DNA from: Heptranchias perlo
Taxonomy: Eukaryota
Direction: 5' to 3'
DNA: 64,000 bases
NCBI RefSeq assembly: GCF_035084215.1
Contig: NC_090361.1
Span: forward strand, 2,108,001-2,172,000
The notes below the pieces were generated by a model, which was not told the DNA's origin, did no database searches, and saw nothing but the letters and a program-made list of their open reading frames with translations. Below, one piece after another: positions 1 through 17,984 of the stretch; position 1 is the stretch's first letter, and every line of letters starts with the position of its first letter. The position numbers and the translations under genes were made by a program.

Positions 1-544
1 GACTTCATTCATTTAAAGTTAGTATTCTGGATGTCATGGTAAATAAAAATTTTAATTTTTTTAAATAAAAAGCCAAAGAAATAATTGAAATAAATTAAAG
101 AGACAGAAGGGAAAAGTAAAACAAATTTTTAATTTAATTTTTTTTTCAATGGCCAAAAACTATTAAAATAAGGAGTAATATGAGACGCCACATTTTTAAA
201 AGTTAATTTTTTAGTTATTTGGCAGTCATTAAGACTTGCTGTGCTTTTAAAACATCGTTTAGACCTGGTATTTTTAAGCGTACTTGTTTGGTGGCGTAAT
301 TAGTTACTTTCCAGCTGGGCAGATAAGCAAGTTTGCGATTTTTCAATGATTTCTCTGATTGCAGCCTGCGACGGCCCTTTAATTCGAAGCTGTCGTATCG
401 CCAGTGATGAGAGCAGTGAGTTCCGGGTTTCCCGGTTTTACTGCGCGTGTGCAAACGCTGGAACTCACTCCTTCAATTCACCACTAAAACCGGAGAGCTC
501 TGTTCAGCTCCTCTGTTACTTCGGGAACGATTTCTGGCCCAGTG

Positions 545-1000
545 ACTTATTCAGAGATGAAGTTTTAGAGGTTTTTGTAGTGAGAATTCAAAGATGGGAA
601 ACACAACACATTCCCAATCTTTGCGTGTAATGTCCCATCGGGAATTACAGGGGCTGCCTTGTGATGGTTTCTCTCTATTTACCCAATTGCCTCTGGTGGG
701 AGAGAGTCCAGAACAAGGGGGCAGAACCTTAAAATCAGAGCCAGGCTGTTCAGGGGTGATGTCAGGAAGCACTTCTTCACACAAAGGGGAGTGGGAATCT
801 GGAACTCTCTCCCCCAAAAAGCTGCTGAGGCTGGGGGTCAATTGAAAATTTTAAAACTGAGATTGATCGATTCTTGACAGTTAAGGGTCACGGAACCAAG
901 GCAGGTAAATAGGGTTAAGATACAGATCAGCCATGGTCTAACTGAACGGCCGAACAGGCTCGAGGGGCTGAATGGCCTCCTCCTGTTCCTATATTCCTTC
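545..1000 (+). mobile_element. Degenerate CR1 3' end
   Basis: CR1 ORF2 C-terminal and 3'UTR motifs (cagatcagccatg...ggctcgaggggctgaatggcct). Confidence 0.7.
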
Positions 1001-1799
1001 TCGATAGTTCAAAGTTAAGGGCCTCGATTTTATTTTGCAGACTCTCTGCCTTCAAGAGGGAGCTGGACTGGGGCAGAGATCGCATCAGAGAGACGGTCAG
1101 TGGATTAACAGATAACATAAGGTCCATCTGATCTCCTGGACTGGTTTCAATCACCTGAGGGGGGGGGGGGGGGGGGTTGGAGAGGAATTTTCAGGAACAT
1201 TTTTTCCCCCTTTATTGGCCCTGGGGTTTTTGCCTCTTCCGGTGGGGGTGGGGTTTTTTTAGCCGCGATGCTCCAGACATCACGAGTGTGGGGCAGGCCT
1301 GATGGACCTGCTGGCCTTTTCCTGCCCGTCATTATGTTTGTAAATAGGTTCCCATCAGCGCTACGGTCAGAAAATCTAGGCCAAAGTCTCTGTCTGAGTC
1401 ACACAGGCCACAAGGTCCCGGCTTTCATTCCCAGCCTGCACCGAATTAACTCATTTCTGCCGGGGCAGCAGTCAGAATGTTACAACTGGCCACATCGCCC
1501 CAGGGTTCGGGAATGGGGGAAGAGAAAAAAGAATCAGCCAGAGCTCCAGGCTTTGATGCTGCTCCTATTGGGAACAGGCGAGGAGAGGATCGGCCTTGGC
1601 TGGGACAACGGGCACTTTAATCGCAAAACAATGGACATCTGGGCAAGGCACCAAAAGGCAACCGGTGTCCGCAGACCCTCGTCTACAACATAGGAAAACG
1701 TCCCGAGGCGCTTCACAGAGGGTCAATCAGACAAAAATGGACACCGAGACAGAGAAAGAGACATTAGGAGGGGGGGGATCTTAAAGCTCAGTTGTCAAA

Positions 1800-1990
1800 G
1801 GGGGCGAGGGAGGCAAAAGAGAAGAGGGAGAGAAAGGAAAAAACTAATGTGAAGGATGAGGGAGAGAAAGAGGGGGTGAAAGAGAAAGAAAGTGAGAGAG
1901 AGAGAGAGAGAGAGAGAGAAAACACAAGCAAAAACAACAGATAAGAGTGACAGAGGAGAGATAGAGAAAGAAAAAGGGAGAGGAGAGCAA
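1800..1990. repeat. GA-rich low-complexity tract with (GA)n
   Basis: Purine-rich tract; (GA)n at ~1894-1919. Confidence 0.85.
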
Positions 1991-2285
1991 GAATGATCAC
2001 AATATAAGCTTTGTAAACATACCAGTACCCGTGTCCCTAACCAGTGGGACTCAACAAGACAGGAATTCTTTCATTGAAACCAGTGCAAAAAAGTTTGCAA
2101 ACTTGTGGATTAAACTGACTGTACAAAAATAGAAAAGCACGGTCTTTAATTATTGATGTTTGCACGTAGCAAAACAGTGTCCTTGATTTTGAAGTTTGCA
2201 CGGGATATTTAGAACTGTATGGCTTCACACTGCACCCAAAGGTGCCTTTAACCACTGAAGAATTCTCAAATTGTTTCTCAATCAA

Positions 2286-2490
2286 AAAAATACTGTGGAT
2301 GCTGGAAATCTGAAATAAAAATAGAAAATGCCGGAGAAGCTCAGCGAGTCAGGCCGCGTCTGTGGAGAAAGAGAGTCAACGTTTCAGGTTGGTCATTGAA
2401 GGGTCATCGGCCTGAAACGTTAACTCTGCTTCTCTCGCCACAGACGCTGCCCGACCCACTGAGCGTTTCCAGCATTTTCTGTTTTTCTTT
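2286..2490. mobile_element. Old fold-back repeat, probably Penelope-pLTR derived
   Basis: Imperfect inverted arms (~2316-2392/2404-2486) with a degenerate ...GAAGGGTCA..CCTGAAACGTT hammerhead-like core; related degenerate copy ~38130-38335. Confidence 0.55.
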
Positions 2491-2578
2491 CTCTCTGAAG
2501 GTGGGGTCACCGTGAATAAAACTCAGACAGTCAGAAAGCTTTAACAGAAATATTCACTGGAATTTGATTGTTCCTTAC

Positions 2579-2651
2579 CTTATATGGGGTTAAATTAACA
2601 TCTTTCCAGAGTCCTTTGTCATAAGCTAATCTTCTCCATCTTTTGCAAACT
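2579..2651 (-). CDS. FBXL12: FBXL12 coding exon 2
   Basis: tgtttccag|A GTT TGC...TAT AAG|gtaagg; 73 nt; (R)VCKRWRRLAYDKGLWKDVNLTPYK. Confidence 0.85.
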
Positions 2652-5600
2652 CTGGAAACACAAAATTTGAATGGCTCGGCTTAGCAACTGATCACAATCA
2701 CGTCCTGGCTGTTCCATGTAGTAACTGATGTCAGCTTGGCTCTGTTAGTGACGCTCTTGCCTCGGGGTCTGAAGGCTGAGTGTCCGAGTCTCACTCCAGG
2801 ACTTCAGCGCATAAACTAGGCCGACACGCCACAGAAACAGGAGGAGGCCATTCAGCCCCTCGAGCCTGCTCCGTCATTCAATTAGATCACGGCCGATCTG
2901 TACCTCAATTCCATTTACCTACCATTCCCTTGATACTCTCACCAAACACAAATCCATCGATCTCAGTCTCGAAAACTCCAACTGACTCCCAGCAGCAACC
3001 ACCTTTTTTTCTGGGAGGGGGGAGAATGAGAGTTCCAGATTTCCACTACCCTTTGTGTGAAAAAGTGCTTCCTGATTTCACTCCTGAACGGCCCAGCTCT
3101 AATTTTAAGACTGTATCCCCTCATTCTTGATTGCCCCACCAGAAGAAAGTTTCTCTGTGTCTATGCTATCAAATCCTTTAAACACCTCAATCACATCACC
3201 CCACAATCTTCTTTACACAAGGGATTACAAGCCGAGTCGTTGCAATTTGTCCTCAATTTAACCCTTTAAGCCCTGGTATAATTCCAGTGAATCGGCCCCT
3301 CCAAGGCCAATATATCTTTCCTGAGATGCGGTGCCCAGAGCTGTACCTGGTTCTCCAAATGGGGTCTAATCAGAGCTTTAAATAACTGAAACATAACTTC
3401 CTCCCATTTGTAATCCAGCCCCCCAATGCAGTACTGAGGGAGTGCTGCCTTGTCAAGGACGCAGGGCACAGAGCTCCATGTGATATCCGAAGAGCAGAGA
3501 ATGCTCCTGGAATTCTGGCCTACATTCCTCATTCTGCTATCACCCACCCAGAAACAGTTCAGCTGGTGGAGAGAGCTGTTACATTTACCTTACAGAATCG
3601 TCACTGACCTTCAAAAAGGAATTCATTGTGCAAAGTATTCTGAGACATTTTGATGTGAACAGTGTTCTATAAATGAAAGTAAGAATCATTTGATTTTGCT
3701 TTTGGCTGGGGGAGGGAGTGGGGGGGGCGGGTGAAGCTGGAATCCTGGACATCTCCCCTCTCCTCTTCCCCAAACACAAACAAGAAGGAATTGTGGAAAT
3801 AAACACGTCTAACATTTCCAGAGCCTCCACGGACAGCAATTAACCCCCACATTGCACAGGAGTGATTTCAAAATGACTCAGCAGCTTCTTGCACCTCATC
3901 CTGAAGTCACTGACTCTCCCTGGGGTACAGCCCCCCCTCCTCCCCTAAAGGCACTGACTCCCCCTGGGGTACAGTCCCCCCTCCTCCCCTAAAGGCACTG
4001 ACTCTCCCTGGGGTACAGTCCCCCCTCCTCCCCTAAAGGCACTGACTCCCCCTGGGGTACAGTCCCCCCTCCTCCCCTAAAGGCACTGACTCTCCCTGGG
4101 GTACAGTCCCCCCTCCTCCCCTAAAGGCACTGACTCTCCCTGGGGTACAGTCCCCCTCCTCCCCTGAAGTCACTGACTCTCCCTGGGGTACAGTCCCTCT
4201 CCTCCCCTGAAGGCCCTGACTCTCCCTGGGGTACAGTCCCCCTCCTCCCCTGAAGTCACTGACTCTCCCTGGGGTACAGTCCCCCCTCCTCCCCTAAAGG
4301 CCCTGACTCTCCCTGGGGTACAGTCCCTCTCCTCCCCTGAAGTCACTGACTCTCCCTGGGGTACAGTCCCCCCTCCTCCCCTAAAGGCACTGACTCTCCC
4401 TGGGGTACAGTCCCTCTCCTCCCCTGAAGGCACTGACTCTCCCTGGGGTACAGTCCCTCTCCTCCCCTGAAGTCACTGACTCTCCCTGGGGTACAGTCCC
4501 CCCTCCTCCCCTAAAGGCACTGACTCTCCCTGGGGTACAGTCCCTCTCCTCCCCTGAAGGCACTGACTCTCCCTGGGGTACAGTCCCTCTCCTCCCCTGA
4601 AGGCACTGACTCTCCCTGGGGTACAGTCCCTCTCCTCCCCTGAAGTCACTGACTCTCCCTGGGGTACAGTCCCCCCTCCTCCCCTAAAGGCATTGACTCT
4701 CCCTGGGGTACAGTCCCTCTCCTCCCCTAAAGTCACTGACTCTCCCTGGGGTACAGTCCCCCCTCCTCCCCTAAAGGCACTGACTCTCCCTGGGGTACAG
4801 TCCCTCTCCTCCCCTAAAGTCACTGACTCTCCCTGGGGTACAGTCCCCCTCCTCCCCTGAAGGCACTGACTCTCCCTGGGGTACAGTCCCCCTCCTCCCC
4901 TGAAGGTGCTGACTCTCCCTGGGGTACAGTCCCCCTCCTCCCCTGAAGGCACTGACTCTCCCTGGGGTACAGTCCCCCTCCTCCCCTGAAGGTGCTGACT
5001 CTCCCTGGGGTACAGTCCCCCTCCTCCCCTGAAGGCACTGACTCTCCCTGGGGTACAGTCCCTCTCCTCCCCTGAAGTCACTGACTCTCCCTGGGGTACA
5101 GTCCCCCCTCCTCCCCTAAAGGCACTGACTCTCCCTGGGGTACAGTCCCTCTCCTCCCCTGAAGGCACTGACTCTCCCTGGGGTACAGTCCCTCTCCTCC
5201 CCTGAAGTCACTGACTCTCCCTGGGGTACAGTCCCCCCTCCTCCCCTAAAGGCACTGACTCTCCCTGGGGTACAGTCCCTCTCCTCCCCTGAAGGCACTG
5301 ACTCTCCCTGGGGTACAGTCCCTCTCCTCCCCTGAAGGCACTGACTCTCCCTGGGGTACAGTCCCTCTCCTCCCCTGAAGTCACTGACTCTCCCTGGGGT
5401 ACAGTCCCCCCTCCTCCCCTAAAGGCATTGACTCTCCCTGGGGTACAGTCCCTCTCCTCCCCTAAAGTCACTGACTCTCCCTGGGGTACAGTCCCCCCTC
5501 CTCCCCTAAAGGCACTGACTCTCCCTGGGGTACAGTCCCTCTCCTCCCCTAAAGTCACTGACTCTCCCTGGGGTACAGTCCCCCTCCTCCCCTGAAGGCA

Positions 5601-6702
5601 CTGACTCTCCCTGGGGTACAGTCCCCCTCCTCCCCTGAAGGTGCTGACTCTCCCTGGGGTACAGTCCCCCTCCTCCCCTGAAGGCACTGACTCTCCCTGG
5701 GGTACAGTCCCCCTCCTCCCCTGAAGGCACTGACTCTCACAGCCTCATCCCCACCCCCAGGACAACCAGCAGCAGATCTGTCAGCGGGAAAGACCGTGTC
5801 CGGAGTGAGATTCAGGCTCAGAAACAGGCGGACGGAGCCTCAGACCGACAATTTATCCGGAGTTGGGAACTGACAGTCCCCGAAATGGGCGATAGGTGAA
5901 GGGGGGGGGGGGGGGGGAGTGTCGCCCGGGGAGAGGCGGCCCCGCTGCGGCACTGGATGTAACGGACCCCGGTCACTGATCCCCGGCCTGTCCGGCTCCT
6001 CAATGTAACGGGACGGTCACTTGAACCGATTGAAGCCCAGACCCGGCCGACACATCACACACACCCCCACCCCCCGGGCCGGGCCTGTACCCCCACCCCC
6101 CGGGCCGGGCCTGTACCCCCACCCCCCGGGCCGGGCCGGGCCTGTACCCCCACCCGCCGGGCCGGGCCGGGCCTGTACCCCCACCCCCCGGGCCGGGCCG
6201 GGCCTGTACCCCCACCCCCCGGGCCGGGCCTGTACCCCACCCCCCGGGCCGGGCCGGGCCTGTACCCCACCCCCCGGGCCGGGCCGGGCCTGTACCCCCA
6301 CCCCCCGGGCCGGGCCTGTACCCCCACCCCCCGGGCCGGGCCTGTACCCCCACCCCCCGGGCCGGGCCGGGCCTGTACCCCCACCCCCCGGGCCGGGCCT
6401 GTACCCCACCCCCCGGGCCGGGCCGGGCCTGTACCCCTACCCCCCGGGCCGGGCCTGTACCCCCCCCGGGCCGGGCCTGTACCCCCACCCCCCGGGCCGG
6501 GCCTGTACCCCTACCCCCCAGGCCGGGCCGGGCCTGTACCCCTACCCCCCAGGCCGGGCCGGGCCTGTACCCCACCCCCCGGGCCGGGCCTGTACCTGCT
6601 GATCCGGAGCAGGTCCCGGGTGGACAGGTAGGACAGGATCTCCACCAGCACATTCTCCGGGAGCGAGTTCAGTGTTGCCTTTTCACCCAACATTGTAGCC
6701 AT
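2579..6702 (-). CDS. FBXL12: F-box/LRR protein 12, 5' part (coding exons 1-2; rest beyond left edge)
   Basis: Exons 6702-6596 and 2651-2579 splice (GT-AG, phase 2) to MATMLGEKATLNSLPENVLVEILSYLSTRDLLRISRVCKRWRRLAYDKGLWKDVNLTPYK. This F-box matches the recalled human FBXL12 N-terminus (LPDSVLLEIFSYL...RISRVCHRWKRLVDDRWLWRHVDLTLY). FBXL12, FDX2 and RAVER1 all lie on human 19p13.2. Confidence 0.8.
2830..3420 (-). mobile_element. Degenerate CR1 3' fragment
   Basis: ORF 3266..3547 contains LFKALIRPHLE..VQLWAPHLRKDILALE; 3'UTR motif ggccattcagcccctcgagcc. Confidence 0.75.
3900..5738. repeat. 43/44-bp minisatellite, ~42 copies, in FBXL12 intron 1
   Basis: Unit CACTGACTCTCCCTGGGGTACAGTCCCTCTCCTCCCCTGAAGG. 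Confidence 0.98.
6065..6595. repeat. GC-rich 25-31-bp minisatellite starting at the FBXL12 exon 1 donor
   Basis: Unit CCCCACCCCCCGGGCC(GGGCC)GGGCCTGTAC. Confidence 0.97.
6596..6702 (-). CDS. FBXL12: FBXL12 coding exon 1 (F-box N-half)
   Basis: ATG at 6702 (AAAATGG); 107 nt; donor CAG|GTACAG. Confidence 0.8.
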
Positions 6703-6785
6703 TTTCAGGGATTAGATACAAAGCGAACGACAACATCCGCGTTATGGGGAAAGGAGGGTCCCGCCCTCCCTCACCCTCCCCCGGC

Positions 6786-7216
6786 CTCCCCGCACAGCGC
6801 CCCCCGCCGGCCTGGAGTCACAGCTCCTCCCCCCACAGCGCCCCCCGCCGGCCGGGAGTCACAGCTCCTCCCCCCACAGCGCCCCCCGCCGGCCTGGAGT
6901 CACAGCTCCTCCCCGCACAGCGCCCCCCGCCGGCCTGGAGTCACAGCTCCTCCCCCCACAGCGCCCCCCGCCGGCCGGGAGTCACAGCTCCTCCCCCCAC
7001 AGCGCCCCCCGCCGGCCGGGAGTCACAGCTCCTCCCCCCACAGCGCCCCCCGCCGGCCTGGAGTCACAGCTCCTCCCCCCACAGCGCCCCCCGCCGGCCG
7101 GGAGTCACAGCTCCTCCCCCCACAGCGCCCCCCGCCGGCCGGGAGTCACAGCTCCTCCCCCCACAGCGCCCCCCGCCGGCCGGGAGTCACAGCTCCTCCC
7201 CCCACGGCGCCCCCCG
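6786..7216. repeat. 41-bp GC-rich minisatellite, ~10.5 copies, just upstream of FBXL12
   Basis: Unit CACAGCGCCCCCCGCCGGCCGGGAGTCACAGCTCCTCCCCC. Confidence 0.97.
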
Positions 7217-7289
7217 CAGGCAGGCCTCCCCCGACAGCCCCCCCCACAGGGCAATCCGCATTAAAGGGGATCCATAATCCTGTAAATAA

Positions 7290-7990
7290 CAAGAACAGGA
7301 GGAGGCCATTCAGCCCCTCTATTCAATTCGATCATGGCTGATCTGTTACTCAACTCCATTTACCTGCCTGAGCTCCACAGCCCTCGACACCCTCACCCAG
7401 CAAAACTCTAGCGATGGGTCGTGAAAGCTCCAATTGACCCCCAGCATCCACAGCCTTTTGGGGCAGAGTTTTCCAGATTTTCTCTACCCTTTGTGTGAAG
7501 AAGTGATTCCTGATTCACGTAACAGTCAATGCTCTAATTTTGAAGATTCTGTCCCCTTGTTCTTGATTCCCCCACTAGAGGAAATGGTTCTATCAAATTC
7601 CTTTTATCATCTTAAATGCCTCAATCAGATCACCCCTCAATCTTCTAAACTCAAGGGAATATAAACCAACTTTAAGCAACCTCAGAGTGCGATCAGTCAG
7701 GAGTGACAACTAACTCAAGCATGTTCCTCCCCTCTCCTCCCAAGACTGTTTTCCCTTCCTAATCCTATGTGGGGAGATTTTATTGAGTTTTTGCACAATA
7801 ATGGAAGGACTAGATTGTGTTTACATGGACCAATTATGAATATGTTAGGGAGGACCAGGGGTCAGGCTTACAAGTTATGTAAGGGCAGAACGAGGCTGGA
7901 TGTTTGGCGGTTCTTTTCTCAGAGAATGGTGGACCTGTGCCTGCTCGTGTGGTGAACGCCGATTCTTCAAGAGAGCTGGACCAGAGATCA
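7290..7990. mobile_element. Two degenerate CR1 3' fragments (minus 7290-7680, plus 7765-7990)
   Basis: CR1 3'UTR motif and RTRGQAYKL..RLDVWRFFSQR. Confidence 0.6.
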
Positions 7991-8901
7991 GCTGATACAA
8001 AAGATAGGTACCGTATGATAATCAGGGCCAGACTGCTCTCCTGGATAGTTTTGGTTGCCTAAAGGGGTCGGAGAGGAATTTTCCAGTTTTCTTTCCCCCA
8101 ATTGGCCTGGGTTTTTAATCTGGTTTTTCACCTTTCCCAGGAGATGACAAAACTCCAGGTGGGTAGGGAGTATCTGTATTGTGACCAGGCATCACAACTG
8201 TGTGGGACAGGAGGAGGCCATTCAGCCCCTCGAGCCTGTTCAAGCAGATCATACCTGAACTGTACCTCAACTCCATCTACCCACCCATAGCTCCATGTCC
8301 CTTGATACCCTCACCCAACAAAAATCTATCGATCTCAAAGAAGAAAATAAAACCAGAAATACACAGCAGGCAATATCTGAAAAGATTTGCAGGTCTCGGA
8401 TGAGTGGGACCCAGGGGTTGGGGGGGGGGGGGGGGGGGAAGGGGAAGGCCTGGTGGTCGCTCTGCCTGCCTCCTCGTCTTTATCTTGTCTGTGCCCGGGT
8501 GGCCCAGGAGAAAGAACACGCGGTGCCCATCGGAACGCTCAAGGCCCTCCCCGATCGATGGGCACCAGACCCTAATTATATATTCGATCACAATCACAAT
8601 ATACGGATTTAGTTTACGTTAAACTTCTGTCAGTTTGATTGGATCGCTGTTGGATTATTCTTAGTGCTGCCTCCTAAAGGGGGTAGTCACTGATTTCCGC
8701 TCGATGACAAGAGGGTCCCAGTGTCACCTCCACTGGTCCAATTAGAACAGGCAACACCTGAAAAGAGAAGTTAATGTTTCAGGCGCAGACTCTCACAAGA
8801 ACTCAACGCAGAAGCTCGAAAGAGGCCTTGGTGCCTGTTTTAGTGACACTCCTGCTTCAATAAACACATCGCAAGCAGCGGTGACAAAATAGGTCTCGAG
8901 T

Positions 8902-8907
8902 TTTATT
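8902..8907 (-). terminator. Candidate distal FDX2 polyadenylation signal
   Basis: AATAAA on the minus strand after an AT-rich tract; alternative signals at 11356-11361 and ~10294. Confidence 0.3.
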
Positions 8908-9889
8908 GTAGATTATACACATCAATATTTTATGTAACAAAATTTAAATAAATTCCAAATATTTAAAATCCAGCCAATTACAAGCTGTAATTTTAAAAAA
9001 AAACTTTTCTGGCACATCCCAAATAACAGGAAGGAACAGGACACCAGAGCTGTCGTGAGATATTGTGACATATTTTGAGGTTTGACCTTGATATGGATTA
9101 CAGCAGTTTGCCAACTGACCGTGTTGCCAGCACAGTGCTGTTTGAGAGGCTGAGCGAGAGGATGCTGCAGACTATCTGCAGACCCACAGTCTGACTTACA
9201 CAGAAACTGTTCCGAGGAGGAGGATACAGAGGGTTTGGTGAATTACAAGGCAGCCAGTGATTGGGGTGGGGGAAGTGTTTAGATCGAGCTATAGATCATC
9301 AGAACAGAGCTGTAACGGTTTATCCCGTGTGGTCAGAAACACGGGACCTGTATGTTTGTAAAATGCATTTGAATCGATTATATTTTTAATACAGCTTGTG
9401 GGGCCAGTCCTGTTGGTAGATTAAGAGGGCAGAATCTTGCAATCTTCTCAAGGGTTTTATACTGGAACGCAACCAAACAGCAGAGCTGAACAAAGTACCA
9501 GAGATGGTGTGTCGCACACCCCTTCAATGGCCACATGGCGGTGGCATATTCAACCCAACAGACCCTGATTCAGTCCCTGGACGAGGTTGTGATGAGTTAA
9601 CCCGCCTCACACTGTGGAAGTGGATGGGGAGGTTGTAATTTGTCCTCACATTCCAGGACAGAGAAGGGAAAAAATATCAAACAGGGTTCCCTCTAATAGT
9701 TCACCGAGTCTCTCCTGTCACAATCAGCAGAGGGTGACTCCAACTCTTCCAGTATCAAGTCAACAATCGTGTCTAGGCTGTTGGTCTCCAGAGGTGAAGG
9801 TGACACTGAGATGACACGTGATGGATGATTGTAACCAAGTCTCAATCCTGTGTGGCAGAATTAGTAATCTACCAGCTGAGCTGGCCTGG

Positions 9890-10100
9890 ACCCCCTCATT
9901 ACCCACACCACCAGGCCCGGCCCGGCCCAGACCCCCACATTACCCACACCACCAAGCACGACCCAGACCCCTACAATACCAGGCACGACCCGGACCCCCA
10001 CAATACCCGGACCCCCCACATTACCAGGCACGACCCGGACCCCCACAATACCCGGACCCCCCACAATCCGAACCCCCACATTACCAGAGACGGCTTGGAC
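9890..10100. repeat. Degenerate C-rich tandem repeat
   Basis: Recurring CCCCCACA(T/A)TACC(A/C)GG(CACGACCCGG) units. Confidence 0.8.
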
Positions 10101-11976
10101 CCCTACTTCCTCCCCTCCCCCACACCGATCGGCCAATAGCACGATTCAGTATCTCAGCAAAACACCAGGTGTGAGCGCCATAAACTCTCAGACTGGCCGT
10201 GTCTATGACACCACACATTTACTGACACACAGTATATAATACACTCTGACTGGGTTATGACCCTATAACCAACATCCATCACAATAAACCGTGTTTATTT
10301 AAAAACCAGTAACTATACAGGGCAGCAGCGTGACTCTGTACTTGGTGTCAGTATCCCGGGCTGGTCTGGGGGGGGAAATAAACAGCCACGTTCTCGCTCC
10401 CAATCACTATCCTGGACCCCTGCGGTCTGCAGGACCAGGCTCAGCGGTGATGCTCCACATGGTGGAACAGCCGACTGACACCAGGCTCATGCTCAGAGAA
10501 TGTGAAGAGCCACCCGGGAGAGGTGCTGACGGCCAGTCCCCACACTATGGGATGCTCAGAGCTCTGGGGCAGGAGGGACCTCACTGAGGTTTTTATGAGT
10601 TACTCTGAGCCTCACCCTCACATTCTCTGATGCTGGAATCCCAGAGAACTTTGCAGTCATTCCCAGTAATCTGCTACTCTGCAGGTCGATAAATCTCACA
10701 CATGCCACGAGCACCTTTCATTTTCCGGACACCCCCGCTGCACTCACGTCACAACTTGCTCCTTATTTTTCTGAAATTCTTGACCTTAACAATCTCCTGC
10801 TGTGACATTGCTCCCCCTCATGTTGTGTATCCGATGACTGTGTACAAGTGATACAGCCTCCGCTGTGAGGCGACTGCAGCCTTTCAACTTCCTGGTTATC
10901 ACACGCCCACCTCGGTCGGCAGATATTATTTTATATATTTATGCCCAGAAACTATCGTCCTCTTCATTATAAAAGGAGGCAACTCTCAGAATCACAGAAC
11001 GTTCTCTCATTCCAACATTGCTGGGCAGTAACAAGCTTTACAGGGCTCATCGAACGAACGACAAGGATTGAAATGCTAACCACAAAGTCCCAAATCACGA
11101 CAGTTTGACCGATGGAGAGCGATGGTGTCAACAGCGGTGGTCAGAATGGGGAGGGAGCAGAGAGTTCCAGGAACAAACCAGCATTCCTTGTACTTATTTG
11201 AGGAGTTTAATGGGACATAGTTGCACGCTGATGGTTGTCGCTCTCAGTGTTTTGTCCTTTTGAAAGGTGAGCAACTCTCGAGCAGAGATATGGCACTTTT
11301 ATAAGTTCCAATCCGTCCAACGATTCCCAATAATTACATTCCTAAAACCGGCTCCTTTATTCCTATGGAATAACGTGACTCTGGTCTAAGGGTGAGGGAG
11401 TCTTAACAAGGGAACCGCGACCCAGACACCAGAAGCGTCCAGAGTAAACGTGTTTATGGGGGTCTGGATCCCTGACTAACTCACTACCCAGGCCGAGACT
11501 TCAATCACTCAACTCATCACTTGCATTGATCTAATTAGCACCCAGGTAATAACTTACAAGTTGCTTTGAAATCCTTTGCCCAATTCCACAGCCTTTAAAG
11601 GGTCCGTTTTCAACCCAAACCAACAGAAAAACAGCGAGACAGAGTCAGAGAGAGAGACAGAGAGGGAGAAAGAAAGAAACACAACAAAAATCACTAAAAG
11701 CCCTGAACAGATAATTGTTTCCAAATCTCACATTATTGGCTAAAGGCACAACTACCAGGTTTTTGTTGGGCGGGGGGGGTGGAAATGAGGGTGGCCCCCG
11801 CCATTTTCTTGCCCATTCTAAATCGCTGAATTGCTTCTGGTGTCCCTCCCTCCCCCGTCTAGGTGTGTACGCCTCTCTGTTTGGTGCTGGTCCATCTTCC
11901 AAGGAGTTATGCATTCGAAGTATTACTGGAATGATGTGACGCTTGCTGTATGCCATAAGTACACGGCCAAGGCCCA

Positions 11977-17745
<5,769 letters not shown>

Positions 17746-17840
17746 GACAGGCCCAACACGTGACCCGCGCCCAGTGACGTCAGCACAAGCCTCTTAAAGG
17801 GAAAGTTGGGAAATGTTATTAAAGGGGCGGGTCTGGGGTG
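17746..17840 (-). promoter_or_regulatory. FDX2 proximal promoter
   Basis: E-box CACGTGAC 17757-17764, full CRE TGACGTCA 17775-17782 and GC-box GGGGCGGG ~17824, immediately upstream of the ATG. Confidence 0.6.
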
Positions 17841-17984
17841 AGATTTAAAAAGAAATTTCCATCATGTTTTCTAACATCAAAGCCAAAAAATTACGAAATT
17901 CTGCAATTCCTCAAATGTTGAGTTTTTCAAAATAACAAATATTTTCTTCCATCTTTTTTCAGCTTTCGCAACTTCTGGAATGTT

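Noticed and set aside
2037-2285. ORF as candidate FBXL12 exon 3
   Set aside because: No leucine-rich-repeat pattern or similarity to FBXL12; the LRR exon presumably lies left of the window
3900-5738. Possible CRISPR-like array
   Set aside because: Head-to-tail units without unique spacers, eukaryotic context, no cas genes (same for 17985-18412)
3900-7277. Many long ORFs (e.g. 4473..5168, 6000..6653, 6021..6602, 6744..7277)
   Set aside because: Translations of stop-poor GC-rich minisatellites; periodic low-complexity peptides in intron or promoter DNA
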